Source of the DNA: Felis catus
Taxonomy: Eukaryota
Assembly (NCBI RefSeq): GCF_018350175.1
Contig: NC_058368.1
Location: forward strand, 215,328,001-215,392,000
Length of the DNA stretch: 64,000 nucleotides
Reading direction: 5' to 3'
In this document: piece after piece, positions 25,679 to 38,720 of the stretch
How positions within the stretch are numbered: the first letter of the stretch is position 1
Layout of the letters: each line of letters opens with the position of its first letter
Notes under the pieces: model-generated
Seen by the model: only the letters and a program-made list of their open reading frames with translations
What the model was told of the DNA's origin: nothing
Database searches by the model: none
Translations under genes and position numbers: made by a program

Positions 25679-25857
25679 CTGTATGTTTCCTGTGTCTGCT
25701 GTATCAAATTGCCACAGACTTGGTGTCTTAAAACAAGAATGTATTCTCTTATAATTCTGGGGGGCAGAAGTCAAAAATCATTATCAAGTCTGATGGAATC
25801 AAGATGACAGCAGGGTTATGCTCTCTCTGGAAGCTCTAGGGGAGAATCTCTTTATTC
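25679..25857 (-). mobile_element. MLT1D-like LTR fragment
   Basis: ctgctgtatcaaattgccacagacttggtgtcttaaaacaa...gcagaagtc...ctctggaagctctaggggagaatc. Confidence 0.8.
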
Positions 25858-26097
25858 AGGTTTTCTCCACGAATATTGACTCCCGTTTCCTTTGTAATCT
25901 TGCTGAAGCTAAGTGCCAGCATCTATTACTATATATTCAAGTTTTATATTTTGTTTGTTTTCCTCTTTGGTTTCAGGAAATTACAAAGCAGCATTATACT
26001 CTATTTTAACATAGAGATGCAATAGAAACTGAATTTTAGAAACAAAAGATCACCATAATGTTATTTATAAAGCAAAGAATGGAAATATGTGTATTTT

Positions 26098-26314
26098 TAA
26101 AATTTTTTTTTCAACATTTATTTATTTTTGGGACAGAGAGAGACAGAGCATGAACGGGGGAGGGGCAGAGAGAGAGGGAGACACAGAATCGGAAACAGGC
26201 TCCAGGCTCCGAGCCATCAGCCCAGAGCCTGACGCGGGGCTCGAACTCCCGGACCGCGAGATCGTGACCTGGCTGAAGTCGGACGCTTAGCCGACTGCGC
26301 CACCCAGGCGCCCC
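26098..26314 (-). mobile_element. Young felid SINE (SINEC_Fc)
   Basis: CpGs largely intact; perfect 17 bp TSD ggaaatatgtgtatttt (26081-26097 / 26315-26331). Confidence 0.98.
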
Positions 26315-26518
26315 GGAAATATGTGTATTTTAATACTATAGAAATTGTTTAATGTGTTGTATTAATTCCATATGATAGCTAATTCTATAATTCTAAAAGT
26401 ATATTTGTGGAAGAGTATTTAATTGCATTTAATTACAAAAGTGGTGACAATGTGGTGACAAAGAATAAAGTAAGCTATAAAGGAGCAAAAACACAATAAT
26501 TTAATTTTTAAAAGTACG

Positions 26519-27320
26519 TATTTTGAGATAAGTTTGGGTTATAGAAGAATTGTAATAGTCAAGTGTTCCATATGTCCTTCCCACAGCTTATATTTCCTCT
26601 TACATGACCATGGTATAATTATAGCAACTAAGAAATGATCATTTACACATTCTAGGAAGTAAAAAAAAAAAAAAAGACAGTTTTGATATCACTGGTTTTC
26701 CCCACAACATTCTTTTTCTTTTCTAGGTCCAATCTAGGAGACCATGTTGCATTTAGCCTTGGTGTCTCCTTAGCTTTTTCCAATACATTATAATGTCTCA
26801 TGTTTCCTTAGTCACAACCTTGACACTTTTGATACAGTAGCAGGTATTTTTTTTTAATGTTTTTTTGCTTGTTTTTTGTTTTTGTTTTTGTTTTTTGAGA
26901 GAGAGAGAGAGACAGAGCATGAGCCAAGGAGGGGGAGGGAGACAGAATCCAGTGCAGGTTCCAGGCTCTGAGCTGTCAGCACAGAGCTCCAGCTGGGGAT
27001 TGAAATCATGAGTCCTGAGAGATCATGACCTGAGGCGAAGTAGGACACTTAACAGACTGAACCACCCAGGCGCCCCTACAGTAGAAGGTATTTTAAAGAA
27101 TGTTTCTTGATTTGGGTCTGTTTGATGAGTTCTTGTGAGCAGTGAGGCTGTGGCTGCTTAGGAAGAATACTACAGAAGTGATTGCCCTGATTATTGCATC
27201 ATATCAAGGGGCGTGAAATCAATACAATTTAGTGGTGATGCTAACTTTGAACACTTGGTTGGTTAGAGTGGTGTCTCCCAGGTTTCTGCACTCCAAAGTT
27301 ATTTTTACCTTTCCACTCAT
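26519..27320 (-). mobile_element. L1MC-like 3' end
   Basis: cttacatgaccatggta...actaagaaat, ttgcatttag...gtctccttag, ggtgtctcccaggtttctgcact...aaagtt. Confidence 0.75.
26848..27076 (-). mobile_element. CAN-SINE inside L1MC
   Basis: TSD tacagtagcaggtatttt / tacagtagaaggtatttt. Confidence 0.95.
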
Positions 27321-27344
27321 TTTTTTTCAGTTAGTTATGTACAT

Positions 27345-27990
27345 CGTGTGATTTGCATTATTTTAAATGGGTTAAAATTTGAGTTATGTCCCAACATATG
27401 GTCCTTCTTTGTGAATGCTCCATGTACACTGAAGAAGAATGTACATTCTGTTGTTGTTGGGTGGAATGTTCTACAGATGTTAATTAGATCAAGTTGGTTG
27501 GTAGTGCTTTCCTGGTCATCTATATCTGAAGTGATTTGCTGTCTAATTGGTCTATTAATTACTAGGAAAGGAGGAGTTTTGAAGTCTCTAATTGTATTTG
27601 TGGATTTATCCATTTCTCTTTTCATTATCCATCTTTTTTTTCTCATATATTTAGAAATTCTACTGCATAGTACATACATAATTAGGATCGTTATGTTCTT
27701 AAGAATTGACCATCGGGGTGCCTGGGTGGCTCAGTCGGTTAAGTGTCCGACTTCAGCTCAGGTCACGATCTCACGGTCCGTGAGTTCGAGCCCCGGGTCG
27801 GGCTCTGGGCTGATGATGGCCCAGAGCCTGGAGCCTGCTTCCGATTTTGTGTCTCCCTCTCTCTCTGACCCTCCCCATTCATGCTCTGTCTATCTCTGTC
27901 TCAAAAATAAATAAACGTTAAAAAAAATTAAAAGAAAAAGAATTGACCATCACGCAAAGACTATCTTTAACCCTGAGAGTATATCCATAT
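27345..27990 (-). mobile_element. Old L1 ORF2 endonuclease-domain fragment
   Basis: ORF 27335-27679: DFKTP...NQLDLINICRTFHPTTTECTFFFSVHGAFTKKDHMLGH. Confidence 0.88.
27715..27937 (+). mobile_element. Young felid SINE
   Basis: Perfect TSD aagaattgaccatc (27701-27714 / 27938-27951). Confidence 0.97.
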
Positions 27991-30847
27991 TTATTTCCCC
28001 AAGTTTTTAAATGATTATCATGGATTTAGAGCATACATTTTTAAATAATCCGTATCCACCCCTAAGTAATATTGTATGTCTTTGCTTATTGTTTAAGAGA
28101 CTTATAACATTATATTCCCAATTAATCCCTCCCATCCTTTGTGCCATTATAGTCAAACATGTAACTTATTCAAATGTTATTACTTTTGCTGCAAGAGTCA
28201 GTTTTCTTTTAGAGAAATTAAAATTCAAAGATTATATTTTATCTTCACTGAGTCCATTTCTGAAGCTCACCATCTCTTTGTAGGAATCCAAGTTTGTTCT
28301 AAACTTTGCTTTATCTGGCTAAATAAAGTATCTCCTTTCTTCTCTGTGGACACCTGATGGTAATCATGTTCGGAAAACTCACAAGAAGTTGCAAACCCCA
28401 TATGTTTGCAGACCTCTGAGTTTTCACACATTTATACTATCTAAGGCTTGATCTTTAGCAATCTGTTAAACATTCTTAGCTTAATCATTTTACTGGTTTA
28501 TATGGCATCCACAGCATTTGTCCCAAGAAAGCAAATGTTGGGATTTTGTTTCTCCCAGCAAATTCCTGTCTCTCCCCAGATTTAGGGTTACTCGTCCTAT
28601 GGTGTCAGTTTTCTTAAGGCTCCCCATAAAAGGTAATTTGCAATCTTCCCAGTACCTACAAGGATGGGAACAACACTCATTCCATCTTTCCACCTTTCAT
28701 CTGAAAGTCCAATAATTTAGTTTTGTAAGAAAATACACAGCTTGATATAAAAGAAAGTCAATTCACTTCAAAATTAACAATGTCTGTTCTGTTTGAATGT
28801 AGGTTCATATTTTGAGCCTTTCTACATTTCCGAATATAGTAAAATTCCCCTGTATTATATAATCTCAAAAATATTATTAAGATCATAGAATTATGAGCAC
28901 AGTATAGTGAATGTATAAGAATTAAAACGGATTTGTGAGGGAAAATACTACATTTGAGAAAAAAGTAGTTAAACAGAAAGTATAGTTAAATATGTAGTTA
29001 TTTCTAGTTCTTGCTACTTCAAAATTTATTCGTATAAACTGAAAAGACTATATTTTTCATAAATAGTATCTGCTTTTTTTTTCTTTGTTCCTGGCAGAGA
29101 AACAAGAGAAATCTGGACTTCATTGACAGCTGATTTGAATTCTGTTTATGTTGTTATTCCACAGTCCCATCTCATACTTGTGGATATGGGTCTCAAGGGA
29201 GCTTAAAACCGTTCTTGATTTTGCCAGGGACTTCATGAAATGATCTAGGGGAAAAATCACTTAGACTTCCCTTCAATTTTCTTTTTTATCTGCAAAAGGG
29301 GTGTGGCAATGACTTTTTGTGTCTTCCACGTCTATTTTGATGGCTGATGAAGTGGCATTCTGTATACCTTGGAACAAAAGTGATAGATAAAAATGTGTGT
29401 GTAATAGAGAGAGTGAGATTATAAGTAAAGTTTGGAAACAAATAAAATTGGAAATGTATAAATACATTTCAAAACGAGTGCCTCCGTCCACTATTTGAAT
29501 TCACTTTGATTTCATTCTGTAAATTGGCTTTCATCTTCCTCACCTATGACAATTACACTTCTTACAACCACAGCTTGTCTCACCTTAAATGTATCTCAGA
29601 GGGGCTGCTTTGGCTGGTCTATCCACTGTCACAAGCTGACTGAGCGTTGACACTCCCACCTGCTGTGGAACAGCAAGCTCCCAGGTCCAACTGCCAGGGT
29701 GAAAAAAACCTACTGACACTGAACTGCACCAAAGAGACCCTTTCTCCACCTAATTGCTTCCCAGAACTGTTGAGGAGGTCTGGGTTGGCACCTCTTCAGA
29801 GAGACAAATAGAAAATGAGGCGTGTTTAATATCAATTCAATCAATTCTATCTTCCCGATGTTATAGGGAACTATACTATGCTGCATTTTATAATTTAATT
29901 ATTGACTCTTGTGATATGGACTCTAACAACACTTTGTGCTGTGTGAAACCCCACTCTGTCTCTATTATCTAAGGGCAGTGCTTGTTCAAGTCTACAGCAA
30001 TTGGGGAAATCCACCTTCCTGCAATTTTTTTTTTTTTAACACAGAAGGCAACTTGGGCCTAGAAAGTGGACAGAGATATATGATGACAAAAGCTGTTTTT
30101 ATTTTTTTTTAATATTTAATTTTCTCTGTCTTTGTGTTGAATTTAGTCGGTAGGACCACATTGGTTGTTAATGTTTGACATCTCATGGGGAATATAAGAG
30201 TAAAGAAAAAGCAGTTAATGAAATGTAAGGAAAAGAAACTGGAAGCAATGCTAAAGTCTGACATTAAGGAAAAGTACACAGGAAAAAAAGCCATATAATA
30301 AAATCTCTGTCATGGAAGAAAAATGGTACTATGAGGAGACTATTCATGTTTAATCATTGTACATTAATTAGAGTGTGTATAAATAGCCAATTTATTTTAA
30401 GCCAGGTCTTCAAATATCAAACATAAGAAAATTATATTTTCATATGGATCCTTTTAGGCAATGTTGATCATATACGTTATCCGCAATTACACTTTTATTT
30501 GGTAGAAAATAGCAAGAAAAGCAAATATACATGTGAGAAATGAATTTGTACAAAAATATTTTTAAAAGAAAAGTAATAAATTTGCATAATTTTTAAATAA
30601 AGCTTTAGGGATACACTGTTTAAAACATAAAAGATCAGTCGTATGTGCTAGGTTTCCACCTCCCTTCAAATCTCTTTCCCAAGAAAGGACTTGCAGATTT
30701 TTAGTTGTTTCTTCTGATAGGACACGTTCCAATTTTCACTCTAACATTATATGTCCCTTCTCAAATACTTTGCTGCCTTCAATTCCTTTTAACAGCTTTT
30801 CAATGTTAGAAAGCTCTCGAGTTACCTTAATATATCTTGAAAATCCC

Positions 30848-31457
30848 TGTGTATTTGTTTGGGTTCTTCAGAGAAAGAGAGTCAATGGGGAAGATAATAT
30901 AATGTAATATAATAATAATAATAATAATAATAATATAATAAATATAATATAATACAACATAATGTATAGTTATATAGCTATATAGTTATATATAGTTATA
31001 ATATATATGATATATGATATATAATATATACAATACAGAGGGGATTTCATAGAAGAATTGGCCCACATGATTATGGAGGCCGAGTCCCACAATCTGCTGT
31101 CTGCAAGCTGGAGAACGAAGAAAGCCAGTGGCGTCAGAGTCCTAAGAACCAGGACAGCCAGTGCTGCAAGTTTCAGTTTAAGTACAAAGGCCCAAGAACC
31201 CAGAGAAGATACATATGCTAGCTCAAGCAAAGAGAGCAAATTTTTGCTTTTTCTGCACTTTTGTTCTATGCAAGCTCTCAACAGTTTGGATGATATCTAT
31301 CACATTAGTCAAGGTGATCTCCATTAGTTAGTCTACTGATTTAAATGCTATTCTCTTCTGAAAACACGCTCACCAACACACTCAAAAATGATGTTTTACC
31401 CAATATCTGGGCATCTTTTAGCCCAGTCACATTGACACATGAAAGTAACCATTCACA
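30848..31457 (-). mobile_element. MLT2-type (ERVL) solo LTR with an internal AT-rich expansion
   Basis: gggttcttcagagaaa...gaattggcccacatgattatggaggc...ctgcaagctggaga...cccagtcacattgacacatgaaagtaacca. Confidence 0.85.
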
Positions 31458-33733
31458 CTCTGCATTATAGAACCAAACTCTAGGTCATTTGCCATGTGGC
31501 AATGATTCCTTGTTCTGGCAAAAGAGGTTCATGATATTTTGTAACCTGTCTTTCTAGAGATTCATGGGATTCCAAGCCCTAGGACTTTCTTTTCCGTCTC
31601 TTAATGTCTGATATGCAATGTGAAATTATTTGTGCATAACATCACAGTCACTTACGTTAGCACCAAAAGAAGTAGTAAAACTATTTATCCTTGAGAAGCA
31701 AAAATCAGTTCACATTGACAAATCACTCTTTTCGTTTTTCCCCCTTTCCTTGATCTAGGAAATATACAATGTTAGTATTGTTATTAAAGAGTCAGCAGGA
31801 TAATATAAGATTGGAGACTGACTTCTCTGACGTGTAGCACTTTGATTTTTATATCCCTGTTTTCATAATTAAATGTGTCTTGGAAAACTCAATCGTGTAG
31901 AACACATATAACTCAACTTTGGTTGAGACACTCTGAAATCCTATTGGTTAATTTGTCTTGTGTTTTTGTATCAAATTATACAATCTGAATCTATTTCACT
32001 GACAAATGATAAGAGAAAAATACAGGCACAAAATATTGCCTACCTTCTTCTTCCAGCTGCTTAATGACCAAAGCGAAATAACAATGGAAGGGGTAGGAAA
32101 AGAAAATAGATGATAGCCCTCTGGACTGATTCTATAAGATAAAGCAACTTAACAGGGAAAAAAGGGATTACATTAAGGTGAAGATGAACTTCTTCTAGCA
32201 AGTTTGATAAATTGTTATCATTCCAGACAATTTGAGATAATGCAATCTCCAAGGCTGAATGACATAATTACTAGATATGTTGTGAGTTGTCAGGAAATCC
32301 AAAGATCAATCACCGGAAGACTTGACTGGATCTGCATCTATTTATTTGCACCCAGGGCGAAAAATCACAACCACAGTAAAAACAATGAAGATTAAAAAAA
32401 CAACCACAACAACAACAATGATAAAAAAAAGAAAAGAAAAGAAAAGAGGTTAAATAATAAATATAGATGTGCAATTTCTGGCTTTTCACCAGCAAAATGT
32501 TCAAATCCATGAATATAAATAAAAATCATCGTGAGGTTTACCTTTACATAAATCTAGGATATAAAATCAGAAGGTAAAAAAAATATATGCCTGCTATTTT
32601 ATAACTTAAAATACAAAGTAACTTCAAGTTTTTATAATTTTTATGCAAGTTAATTTGAATATATATATATATATATACACACATTATATCAAAATTAGGA
32701 ATCTTTGAGAACATGGAATTTATGCCTAAGGTGTGTATTTTCTATACTCTTAGGAGGTGAATAGACAAAGATAAGGTATAAAAGATTTAGTTATCTCTGG
32801 ATATAGACACTCTACGAAAGAGTGGCACAAATCACTATATTACTCGGGTTATAATGGTTAAACTAGGAAATGTACAAAGAACCACAAAGAAGTGTCATTT
32901 CACTACTCAAAGATATTTTCCATATGCGGTAAATGAAAAACAAAAACAAAACAAAACAAAAAACCATCATCCATTGCAAATGGAAACCCTAAATACTGCA
33001 TTATGACTTTATTTCACATGCATAACTTTCTCTAATGGTTTAGGAAATTTTTAGAGGAAAGATACTATGCTCATAAAGAATCTGTTTCACTGGCTGAACA
33101 GACTCAATCTTCTCCTTACACAGGGCGACCAAGTTTAAATGTTTCATCAGCAATTCAATCTAATTCAACAAAAACTAAATTCATCATCATCCTCCCAGTA
33201 GTCCTGACCCATCTTCATGCTTTCTGTTTTGTTTAACGATATCATCATTCACCCAATCAACAATTTCAAAATCTTGAACTCTTCATTAATTTTCCTTCTC
33301 TCTCATCATGTCAGCAATTCTATTGGTTTCATCTTGACCAAGCATTTAACTTCCCTTCTTTTTCCAAAACGCAATGTCTCCGCCAATGTTAAAACCTGCT
33401 TTTATTGTTACAGTGTTTTCTTACAGAACCATTTATTTTAAAATACCCCTTTTTTCTTAATCTACCTGAGGCATCGCTGCCTCAGCAAAAATTTTCCATT
33501 TCATCTCTAAATGTGACTGTATTAGTTAAGATAGAAATTCAGCTGTGTGCTGTAGAACTCTATGACAATATTTATTGAATGGGTATAGGCATTTCTTTTT
33601 TCTTATCATGGTTGGTGTTTTGGCATTCCTCCATTATCCAGGGACCCTGGTTTCTCCTATCTCCTTTGTCCTCGGTCCGTTGAATCATTTGAGATGACAT
33701 GCTACTGTGAACATGGTGCAAGCTGAGGGTGGA

Positions 33734-34035
33734 GGAAGAATGTAAAGGTAGGAATAAGCATTGCATACTTTAGCTTATATCTCATTGAATTCGATCTTAG
33801 TTATATGGACATACTTCGCATTCACAGATGACTGGCTAGTTGTACCAGCCTAGACAGTACACCACTCGAATTTCCCTTCAAGGGAAGAATGTAAAGGTAG
33901 GAATAAGCATTGCATACTTTAGCTTATATCTCATTGAATTCGATCTTAGTTATATGGACATACTTCGCATTCACAGATGACTGGCTAGTTGTACCAGCCT
34001 AGACAGTACACCACTCGAATTTCCCTTCAAGGGAA
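33734..34035. repeat. Perfect 149 bp tandem duplication
   Basis: 33734-33882 is identical to 33883-34031; GGAA microhomology at the junction. Confidence 0.98.
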
Positions 34036-34452
34036 AAAGGTACTTAGCTGATGGCCTCCACTTGCCACACATTTGGGAACCACCGGTGTTCAAACTGAGG
34101 CTATACTCCCTCGCAGCCGTATCCAGCTAATGACTTAGTATGAGGGTATACTGGAGCCAGGCCATTCCTTCCCAACATATGAGAACATTTCTAACCGTCT
34201 TTCTTCTGGAGCTCTCTGTAACCCTAGGTAAATATTTCTTAGAACTGCTCTGCGGTCTGAAACTTTCTCACTCGATCCTACTTCCTTCCTTCTCTCAGTT
34301 CACAGATGTCAAACCTAAATCTCTGTCTCAAGACCATCCCTGCCTCCTCATGTTGCTTCTCTCCTTTATCCTTTACAGGCATTTCCTTCAATACATGTTT
34401 TGAGTGGAAAATTCATCTTGTTATCTGCCTTCTAGAGGATCAAATTCGGCCA
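33990..34452 (+). mobile_element. LTR16-like (ERVL) solo LTR
   Basis: 3' end ctttacaggcatttccttcaatacat...catcttgttatctgccttctagagga is typical of LTR16; its first 42 bp also occur at 33841 because of the duplication. Confidence 0.7.
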
Positions 34453-34744
34453 GCAATCGCCCAACTTAAATCAAGAGTGCTAATATTTTGATAATGAAGG
34501 AGAGATCCATGCTGGGGAGCCATCAGCTGTCTCTGCTGTAAGTAAGATGTCTGCAGTAGTTTTCTAGAACCTACAATAAAGTTTTAAAAAGTAGCTGCAG
34601 ATGAATACTAATTATCAGAGTGGTAGTAGTTCGCATATAAGAAAAAAATATTCTCATTAATGCTGTAAAATATTAGCATGTAAAGAGCTCTGCTTTGAGA
34701 ACATCTTGAGTATGTATGGCACAAAATGTTTTTAACTTCTCTAG

Positions 34745-34946
34745 TGGATTCTGATATTAAATAAGCATCAGTTCAAAAGCAAGTCTGCAATTGGCAACAT
34801 GTGAGATGTTGAATAGGTCACTAAATCTCCCCAAATCTCTGCTTCTGGATTCATTAAAAGTGGGTATGAATTGTTTTCCATTAACGTTATTATAATATAC
34901 AGTGAGACACTGAAGAATACAAAAGACTTAGCAAAGTGCCTACACA
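34745..34946 (+). mobile_element. MIR
   Basis: Core-like ggtcactaaatctc...ctctgcttct...aaaagtggg, ending cttagcaaagtgcct. Confidence 0.55.
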
Positions 34947-35559
34947 AAGAGAGAATTTCTCCTTCCTCCTCCTCCTCTTTGCTATTACTATTGTATTATT
35001 GCTGCTATTATTATTATTAATTATTATTATTATTATTATTATTATTATTTTATTATTTTGTCTGCAACATCCTGAGCTATTTCTTTATTTTGAAAATCCC
35101 AGTGTCTGGGGGAATTGCCTCTCATACATTTGGCCTCTATATAATTAGTGTTTACAGCATGATGGAATAAAATTATGTTTGAACCTTTGTGAGACGTTTA
35201 TGAGATTTTCCAGATATACCTGGAAACACAGCTTTCTGGAGGCGACTGAAGTTGTTCATTATGAAGTGTGAACAAGAACTGACGAAATGTGAATGGCCAT
35301 TTTTCATGTGCAATCACCTCTCATTTGTTTTATCGATTGTTGCAGTCTTTGAGTGCTTAAATTACTTTTTTTGATGTTGTACCTTAGGCTGCTGTGAATT
35401 TGGTTGAAACTCAGTTTTTTATCTCATTATTGGCACTCTTGAATAAAACCAGGAGGGCATGCCGCCTCAGAAGAAAACCTGCTAGTTAGATGGGACCATG
35501 GGCGGACAGACCTGATCTTTGTAATACCAACATGAAATACAAAAGACAGGACATTATTG

Positions 35560-35725
35560 ATTCTTTGGGAAGTGACCTAATATCTTTGTGCCCCAGTCTT
35601 CTTTTGTTAAACGAGGCTAATACTAAATCATAGATGTCATGTGATGATTAAATTATACACAAAAACTGCTTTCACCATGCCTGTTATATAGTAAGTTGCA
35701 TCTAGTGTCTGCTGCTCGGGTATTA
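35560..35725 (+). mobile_element. MIR fragment
   Basis: ttgggaagtgacctaatatctttgtgccccagt...gtgatgattaaat...catgcctgttatatagtaag. Confidence 0.6.
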
Positions 35726-36200
35726 TTCTGGGCAAAATTTGCAAGACAGTGAGCTCTATAAAATTTTATGTGTTGTTTAAGCTAATAAGATGATCAAAAA
35801 TTCTCCTGACAATTTCTTGACAAGGAAGTGCTCTGGAAATTATCATTGAGGAATAAATCTCCCTTTCTCTCTAACCTCTGGGGGGACTAGCCATGCTTGG
35901 ATTGAACAATAGTCCTTGTCTTCTTACAGGTAGCAACTTAGAAATGCCTCAACAACTAAGCTCATGCTCTGGGAAAGGCAATTCAGGGAGCAATAAAACT
36001 CATGAAAGAAGCCACATATTATCAATAAATTCAATTGTTTTCTAAATATGTGTTGCTAAACTCTGAAGAGGAGGGTTTTAATGGGGGCTAGACCAAGGCA
36101 CTGTGATGTTACAACTGTAGTGGTTCCTTGAGGCAGAAAAACAGGACAGATAATAGCAATTCTCCAGGGCCTTGAATTCAATCCATCTGTGTCTTCAAAC

Positions 36201-36553
36201 TGAAAAAAAGGGAAAGTTCATTAAAAATGGAGTTGGAAAGCCCTGGAGAGGGAGCTTTCATTCTCTACCCCTCATGGTAAGAAGGCACCTCGCCTTCCCC
36301 AACAGGAAGAAGCTTACTTTATAAACCCAAGCAGAAGGAAGGAAGAGTTTCTCCTAGTCCAGCAATAGCCCAGCCAATGAGAAACTACCACACTCCAGCA
36401 ATTGAGAAACTGTAACAGAACCTCACAGTTTCAGCTTTTCCCCTATAAAAGCAAGCCCCTCTCAGCTCTTCTCCAGACTTGCTGATGGTTAGGCATAGTT
36501 TGCTTGTTCTGAATTGCAATTCTTTGTTATTCTCAAGTAAGGGTTTTTTTGTG

Positions 36554-36585
<32 letters not shown>

Positions 36586-36622
36586 TGTACAATAGCTGGC
36601 TCTTATTTTCTCAAGGTCAACA
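36201..36622 (+). mobile_element. 5' LTR of an ERV1-type (MER34-like) provirus
   Basis: TG...CA ends (start uncertain), CCAAT at 36374, TATAAAA at 36444, ends aaggtcaaca, followed by PBS-like tggtgatcagagaaggat. Confidence 0.7.
36374..36450 (+). promoter_or_regulatory. LTR U3 core promoter motifs (CCAAT and TATA)
   Basis: cagCCAATga and ccTATAAAAg, 70 bp apart; activity unknown. Confidence 0.4.
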
Positions 36623-38720
36623 TTATGTGGTGATCAGAGAAGGATCCAGAAATGGTGAACCCTTAAGGAACTAAACCCAGTAAACTGTGAAGTACCCACC
36701 TGAGCCCTTTGTGCTCTCTGCTTTTGCAAGTTGTCTTTCCTTTAGGTTTGGGAAGTCTCTCAGATCTGAGCTCCCTCCTTTTGTTGGAACTCTGACTTTC
36801 TTTGGGATCTGTTTAAAAGTTTTTGTCTTTACTGGTGAGTATTCCATTGTTTTTGTTTTTAATGAAACTCTGATTTGTAATACTGGGATTTCAATCTGCC
36901 AGACTCTCTCAGGAGTATCGTTTTTGGGGACCCCAGCCAGTTTTGTGTTTAAAAACTGTGGTCTCTCCTCATGTGAATTCTTAACTAATTGTATTAACTT
37001 AACCAAGTTACTTTCATAATTTCAGTGGCCATTAGGGGAACTTCCTTCCCAAACTTACTCTTCTCAGAACTATATTAGAAGACCATACCTCTACAATAAA
37101 ACTGAATGGCACACTTACTTCAATTGGTATTTTCGAGGTTTCCAAGTATATTCAGAACTCTAAAATTTCTTCTTTACAAAATACCCTTTCTAAATTGACC
37201 AAGGCAAAAAAAAAAAAAAAAAAAAGTAAAAAGGCATCAAAGTCCTCTTTGCTGCCTCCTCCCATGCTTCATTCTCTTCCCCTGTGGCACCCCTGAATAC
37301 GCTTCACCTCTTCATGTAACCCTCTCAATGAACTTAGAAATTGCACCTTTAAAATCAGACCCACTGGGGTGCCTGGGTGGCGCAGTCGGTTAAGCATCCG
37401 ACTTCAGCCAGGTCACGATCTCGCGGTCCGTGAGTTCGAGCCCTGCGTCAGGCTCTGGGCTGATGGCTCAGAGCCTGGAGCCTGTTTCCGATTCTGTGTC
37501 TCCCTCTCTGCCCCTCCCCCATTCATGCTCTGTCTCTCTCTGTCCCAAAAATAAATAAACGTTGAAAAGAAAAAAAAAATTAAAATCAGACCCACTGAGG
37601 ATTCTTATACTAAGGCCCTAATTCTTTATGTCCCTTGGACTGAGGCTTAATTGTGAACCATTCTTCCCAAAGTAACTGAGGATTCCCACAAATTTGCTGA
37701 GGAATTTAATATAGTCTTTCAAATTTAGTTTTCTCCAATGTGTACCAATTAGTTCACATGCTCACTGGCGAAGGCCAGGCCAGACACTGAATGAAAACAA
37801 CTAATTGGGATCCTGAAAATCTCTAAAACTTCAGGTAAGAGACCAACTCCCTGCCATGTTATATGATTGGACCTTGTTATATGATCTGGCAGTCGCTAAG
37901 TAATGTCACCTGGCAAGCTTTAGGGTTTTCCCAAAACTTGTCGACTGGAATAAATTTCAGGCTTGTACTTAGAAACTCAGGAAACCTGTGCATGGTTCCA
38001 AATTGTTTTTTAGGAAAATTCTGGCCTTCCTCTGGATGTTGAATCCACTCATGTGGCCTTTAACTCTATAGTAATTAATAGACTGAACTGGGATCTTTCT
38101 CTACTATTTAAGAGGATCAGGGTAGAATAAAAAATCTATGTCTGCTCCTCTTTAGTTACCAAATAAGTTCCCCCATACCATAGATGATTGAACTAAAAAG
38201 ACTGCTAAAATCCTCCAATTCTTAACTCCAACAAATGGAGGCTCTTAAGCAAAACACTCCCCACCCAACCCATTATCTGCCACCATTGCAAAAGCCAGGA
38301 CACTGGGTCATAGATTGTTGCAAACTTAGTGCTGTAGGAATCTTCAGTCCTCTAAACCAGCCTTAGCTTAGTTACTGGCTTCAAAGACCTACAGGGGCTG
38401 TTTCCACTACTCCCTCTTATCTGGCTCCGAAAAGCAATTCTCCACACTGGAAATGAATAGCTAAACAGCTCTTGCCTCAGAGCACTACAAGTCATAGTTC
38501 CTCCACTCCTGTTTGTTTATCAGGTAGAGATTTCTTGGAGAAATATGCCAGAATTTCTTTCTCCCAAAAGGGAGCGATAACTCTAGAATCTAACAGCAGA
38601 ACCAAAGTAGCCAACCAGATGAATCAAATGACCCTTCGGAATCTTTTATTTGCTTCATCTCAGATGACATTAAGGCTAATTTTAAGGATATTGACCATTT
38701 GTCCCTATTGGATCAGCTGT
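36623..38720 (+). pseudogene. Decayed ERV gag-pro remnant; no pol, env or 3' LTR seen
   Basis: gag-like FPKVTEDSHKFAEEFNIVFQ near 37663-37722; frameshifted CCHC knuckle CHHCK-PGHWVIDC at 38278-38318; protease-like PVCLSGRDFLEK in ORF 38472-38750. Confidence 0.8.
37366..37581 (+). mobile_element. Young felid SINE inside ERV gag
   Basis: Perfect TSD aaaatcagacccact. Confidence 0.97.

Larger units (their letters stand above)
33518..34540 (-). mobile_element. MLT1J-like LTR split by a nested LTR16-like element
   Basis: tgtattagttaaga start; atccagggaccctggtttct; resumes after 34452 and ends ...cagctgtctctgctgta. Confidence 0.5.

Noticed and set aside
27348..27914. Longest ORF in the track (188 aa)
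   Set aside because: It is antisense L1 sequence read through into a SINE, not a gene.
36671..37019. 110 aa ORFs on both strands
   Set aside because: They fall in the ERV leader and decayed gag start; no evidence of a functional product.
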